Below, piece after piece: positions 61,884 through 64,000 of a stretch of 64,000 bases of DNA. The position numbers were made by a program, and so were the translations under genes. Source of the DNA: Okamejei kenojei (taxonomy: Eukaryota). The notes beneath the pieces are model-generated. The model was not told the DNA's origin and did no database searches. It saw nothing but the letters and a program-made list of their open reading frames with translations. The DNA lies in NCBI GenBank assembly GCA_035221665.1, contig CM069132.1, positions 135,284,001 to 135,348,000 of the forward strand, written 5' to 3'. Each line of letters starts with the position of its first letter. The first letter of the stretch is position 1.

Positions 61884-62022
61884 CTGCGCACTTCCTTCCT
61901 CTATCTTTTTCAGCCCCAAATGGATTTGTAGGTGCTGCAAGCACTCATTGGAGAGTTTGACCAATCTATGGACTTCTTCATCCACCTGATTGTAGAGCAT
62001 TGTGACAGTGTCCATAGCATTC
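61884..62022 (-). CDS. PLEKHG4B: PLEKHG4B exon (spectrin-like region): (R)NAMDTVTMLYNQVDEEVHRLVKLSNECLQHLQIHLGLKKIEEGSAQ
   Basis: Acceptor tttgcag|G, donor CAG|gtaaaa, 139 nt, ends in phase 0; contains the family motif LY.QVDEEVHRLV..SN. Confidence 0.9.
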
Positions 62023-62209
62023 CTGCAAACAAGAGGAGAATACTTTTTAATATTCAGAAACTGGATTTATGTATTCGTTCAAAATTAATTTAAAATTCAG
62101 CAACCTGGCTGTTTATGACTGGTGACTCTAAATATGACACTTGAATTGCAATGAGGTGAGTCACAATCTTCAGAACTTAAACCTCTTTTTATAGGAAAGC
62201 CGGGTTATT

Positions 62210-62476
62210 TGGTTTAGTTTAGAGATGCAGTGCGGAGACAGGCCCTTCGGCCAACTGAGCGCACTGACCAGCGATCCCCACACATTAACACTACCCTACA
62301 CACACACACACTAGGGACAATTTTACACATACACCAAGCCAATTAACTTACATACCTGTACGTCTTTGGAGCGTGGGAGTTATCCAAAGTTCTTGGTGAA
62401 AACCCACGCGGTCACGGGGAGAACGTACAAACTCCTGCAAGCACTGAAAGTCAGCACCTCTACCGCTGCGCCACCG
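62210..62476 (-). repeat. tRNA-derived V-SINE (HE1-like), internally deleted
   Basis: Same family, reverse orientation. Confidence 0.8.
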
Positions 62477-62813
62477 AGGGTTTAATTTTGCTTTAAAAGT
62501 TTTACAAAATCCTTATGTAAGTGACTGGTTTTTGGGGTATTGCTCCCGATTTAGCAGTTCAAATGGCTGGCTTTTGGAAATATTCCAACAATTAAAACTG
62601 GTAACAGGTGTGTAAGGGAATGAAAGAACAATAGCTATGAATTTTTATGGGGGGGGGGGGGGGGGGGGGGGGGGAATTACTTCTAAACAAGCAATGTTAC
62701 AAATACTATACTTGGCAAAGAGACTCTCTTTGCAGATCGCAAGCCAAATAGATAGTGTGACACTGGGCATGCAAACCAAAACAGTCTCAATCCACCTAAC
62801 CTAACCCTAATTA

Positions 62814-62907
62814 ATTAATGGCATATGAATTGATTGTATTCCTCAGTTTAGGGATGAGAGATTAATGGCATATGAATTGATTGTATTGCTCAGCTTAGGG
62901 ATGAGAG
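62814..62907. repeat. 47-bp tandem duplication, 2 copies with 2 mismatches
   Basis: attaatggcatatgaattgattgtatt(c/g)ctcag(t/c)ttagggatgagag twice. Confidence 0.92.
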
Positions 62908-63873
62908 ATTAGTTAGCAATGAACATGGAAACACACCTGGCACTTGTTCCTAATTGTTAACCAGCATGTGAAAAATAGAAAATGAATGAAGAATGCATTG
63001 ATCTGCCAACATCTGAACATTGGAAACTTGCCCAAAAGCACATTAAGGGAATACTTTAGCTTTGGCAAGGTGATAAAAAAAAAAGATGGTAGCAGATTAG
63101 CCAGAAGTCAATTTAATGGAAAAGTGTGCAGAGTGCTTAATTTGTGGGCACTCTATTGCCTCCTGTTCCATACCACTGTCAATGGCAAACTACCAATAAT
63201 GAATTTGAGCAGTTCTTATTTTGTCTTGAAGATCCTGTAGCGTCAGCTTCAAGCAGCAGCCAAGCCGCTGGGTTCAGCGCAAATATCTTAGAGCATAAGA
63301 TCTTTGGTTCACTGCAGCAAGAAGCAAGAAAAGGGTAGCAGCAAAATGAAGAATAGAACGTTTTAGGAAACAAAAATATTATTGAAAGATTCTAATGAAA
63401 CCTTAATGATTGAAAATATTAACCCGTTTAAGAAGGAACTGCAGATGCTGGAAAATCGAAGGGAGACAAAAATGCTGGAGAAACCCAGCGGGTGAGGCAG
63501 CATCTATGGAGCGAAGGAAATAGGCAACGTTTCGGGTCGAGACCCTTCTTCAGACTGATGTGAGGGTGAGGGGGGTGGGAAGAAGAAAGGAAGAGGCGGG
63601 GACAGTGGGTTGAGGGAGAGCTGAGAAGGGGAGGAGAAAGCAGGAACTACCTGAAATGAGAGAATATCAACCCTGCTTCTTTCTTCACAATTGCTGTTGT
63701 TGAACATTTCCTGCATTTTTGTTTTAATTTCAAATACAATAATGATTTAATGGTTCAATTTAATGGTTTAAGAGGTGACTAGGTGTGACATTTAGGAGAT
63801 GAATAAAAATGAAAGGGAACATACATTTTACAGCACCCCAAAATACTATCCAACTAAAAGTTCTGATTGAGGT

Positions 63874-64000
63874 GGCACATTGGCACAGCGATGGAGTTGC
63901 TGCCTTACCCTTACCCAGAGACCCTGCTTCGATCCTGACTAGGGGTGCTAGCTGTACAGAGTTTGTACGTTCACCCCATGACCACGTGGGTTTTCCCCGG
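63874..64000 (+). repeat. V-SINE, truncated by the window edge
   Basis: ggcacattggcacagcgatggagttgctgcc...ttcgatcctgact head. Confidence 0.75.

Larger units (their letters stand above)
16082..62022 (-). other. PLEKHG4B: PLEKHG4B/puratrophin-like Rho guanine nucleotide exchange factor gene, 3' part (12 exons in window; 5' exons lie beyond 64000)
   Basis: Twelve exons with canonical AG/GT boundaries and matching splice phases give one continuous frame: spectrin-like region, DH (LQHIMEEMIGTEREYVKSL...YLLKPIQRMSKYALLLKD), PH (VNLKEQGQL...[14 protein letters not shown]...FEIWFRRRK) and a C-terminal FKRPHSTISNSSTSSSSSQSSS...WSSDIGTCIEEDE. These resemble my recollection of PLEKHG4B more than PLEKHG4 or ARHGEF40; the paralog assignment needs a tree or synteny check. 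Confidence 0.85.

Noticed and set aside
62986-63373. Candidate upstream PLEKHG4B exon
   Set aside because: No frame resembling the expected preceding exon and no convincing phase-2 donor; the next exon is presumably outside the window.
1-64000. Prokaryotic-style systems (CRISPR array, operon, retron, defence island)
   Set aside because: No regularly spaced repeat-spacer array and no dense ORF packing; the window is spliced vertebrate DNA and the recurring motifs are dispersed retroelements.

Overview
Eukaryotic (vertebrate) genomic DNA, most likely a cartilaginous fish such as a skate or ray; this is inferred from the HE1-like V-SINE, CR1 and Penelope repeat landscape, not from a database search. 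The only supportable host gene is the 3' part of a PLEKHG4B/puratrophin-like Rho-GEF on the minus strand. I traced 12 GT-AG exons from 62022 down to 16082 with mutually consistent phases, covering spectrin-like repeats, a linker, the DH and PH domains and a Ser-rich tail; the 5' exons lie beyond the right edge. Most of the remainder is transposon-derived: many CR1-type LINE fragments (including four near-identical young copies), about 13 tRNA-derived V-SINEs, a Penelope-like element with 306-bp inverted arms, about 20 Penelope-derived mini-elements (many carrying a minimal hammerhead-ribozyme core, several with 12-16 bp target duplications), two copies of a hAT MITE with 8-bp TSDs, a PIF/Harbinger MITE, a decayed DIRS1 tyrosine-recombinase retrotransposon and Rex1/Babar fragments. 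There is also a local inverted duplication of about 540 bp. Almost all short ORFs in the supplied track are spurious or repeat-derived. I see no convincing novel protein system; the most interesting signal is the family of hammerhead-bearing fold-back mini-retroelements.
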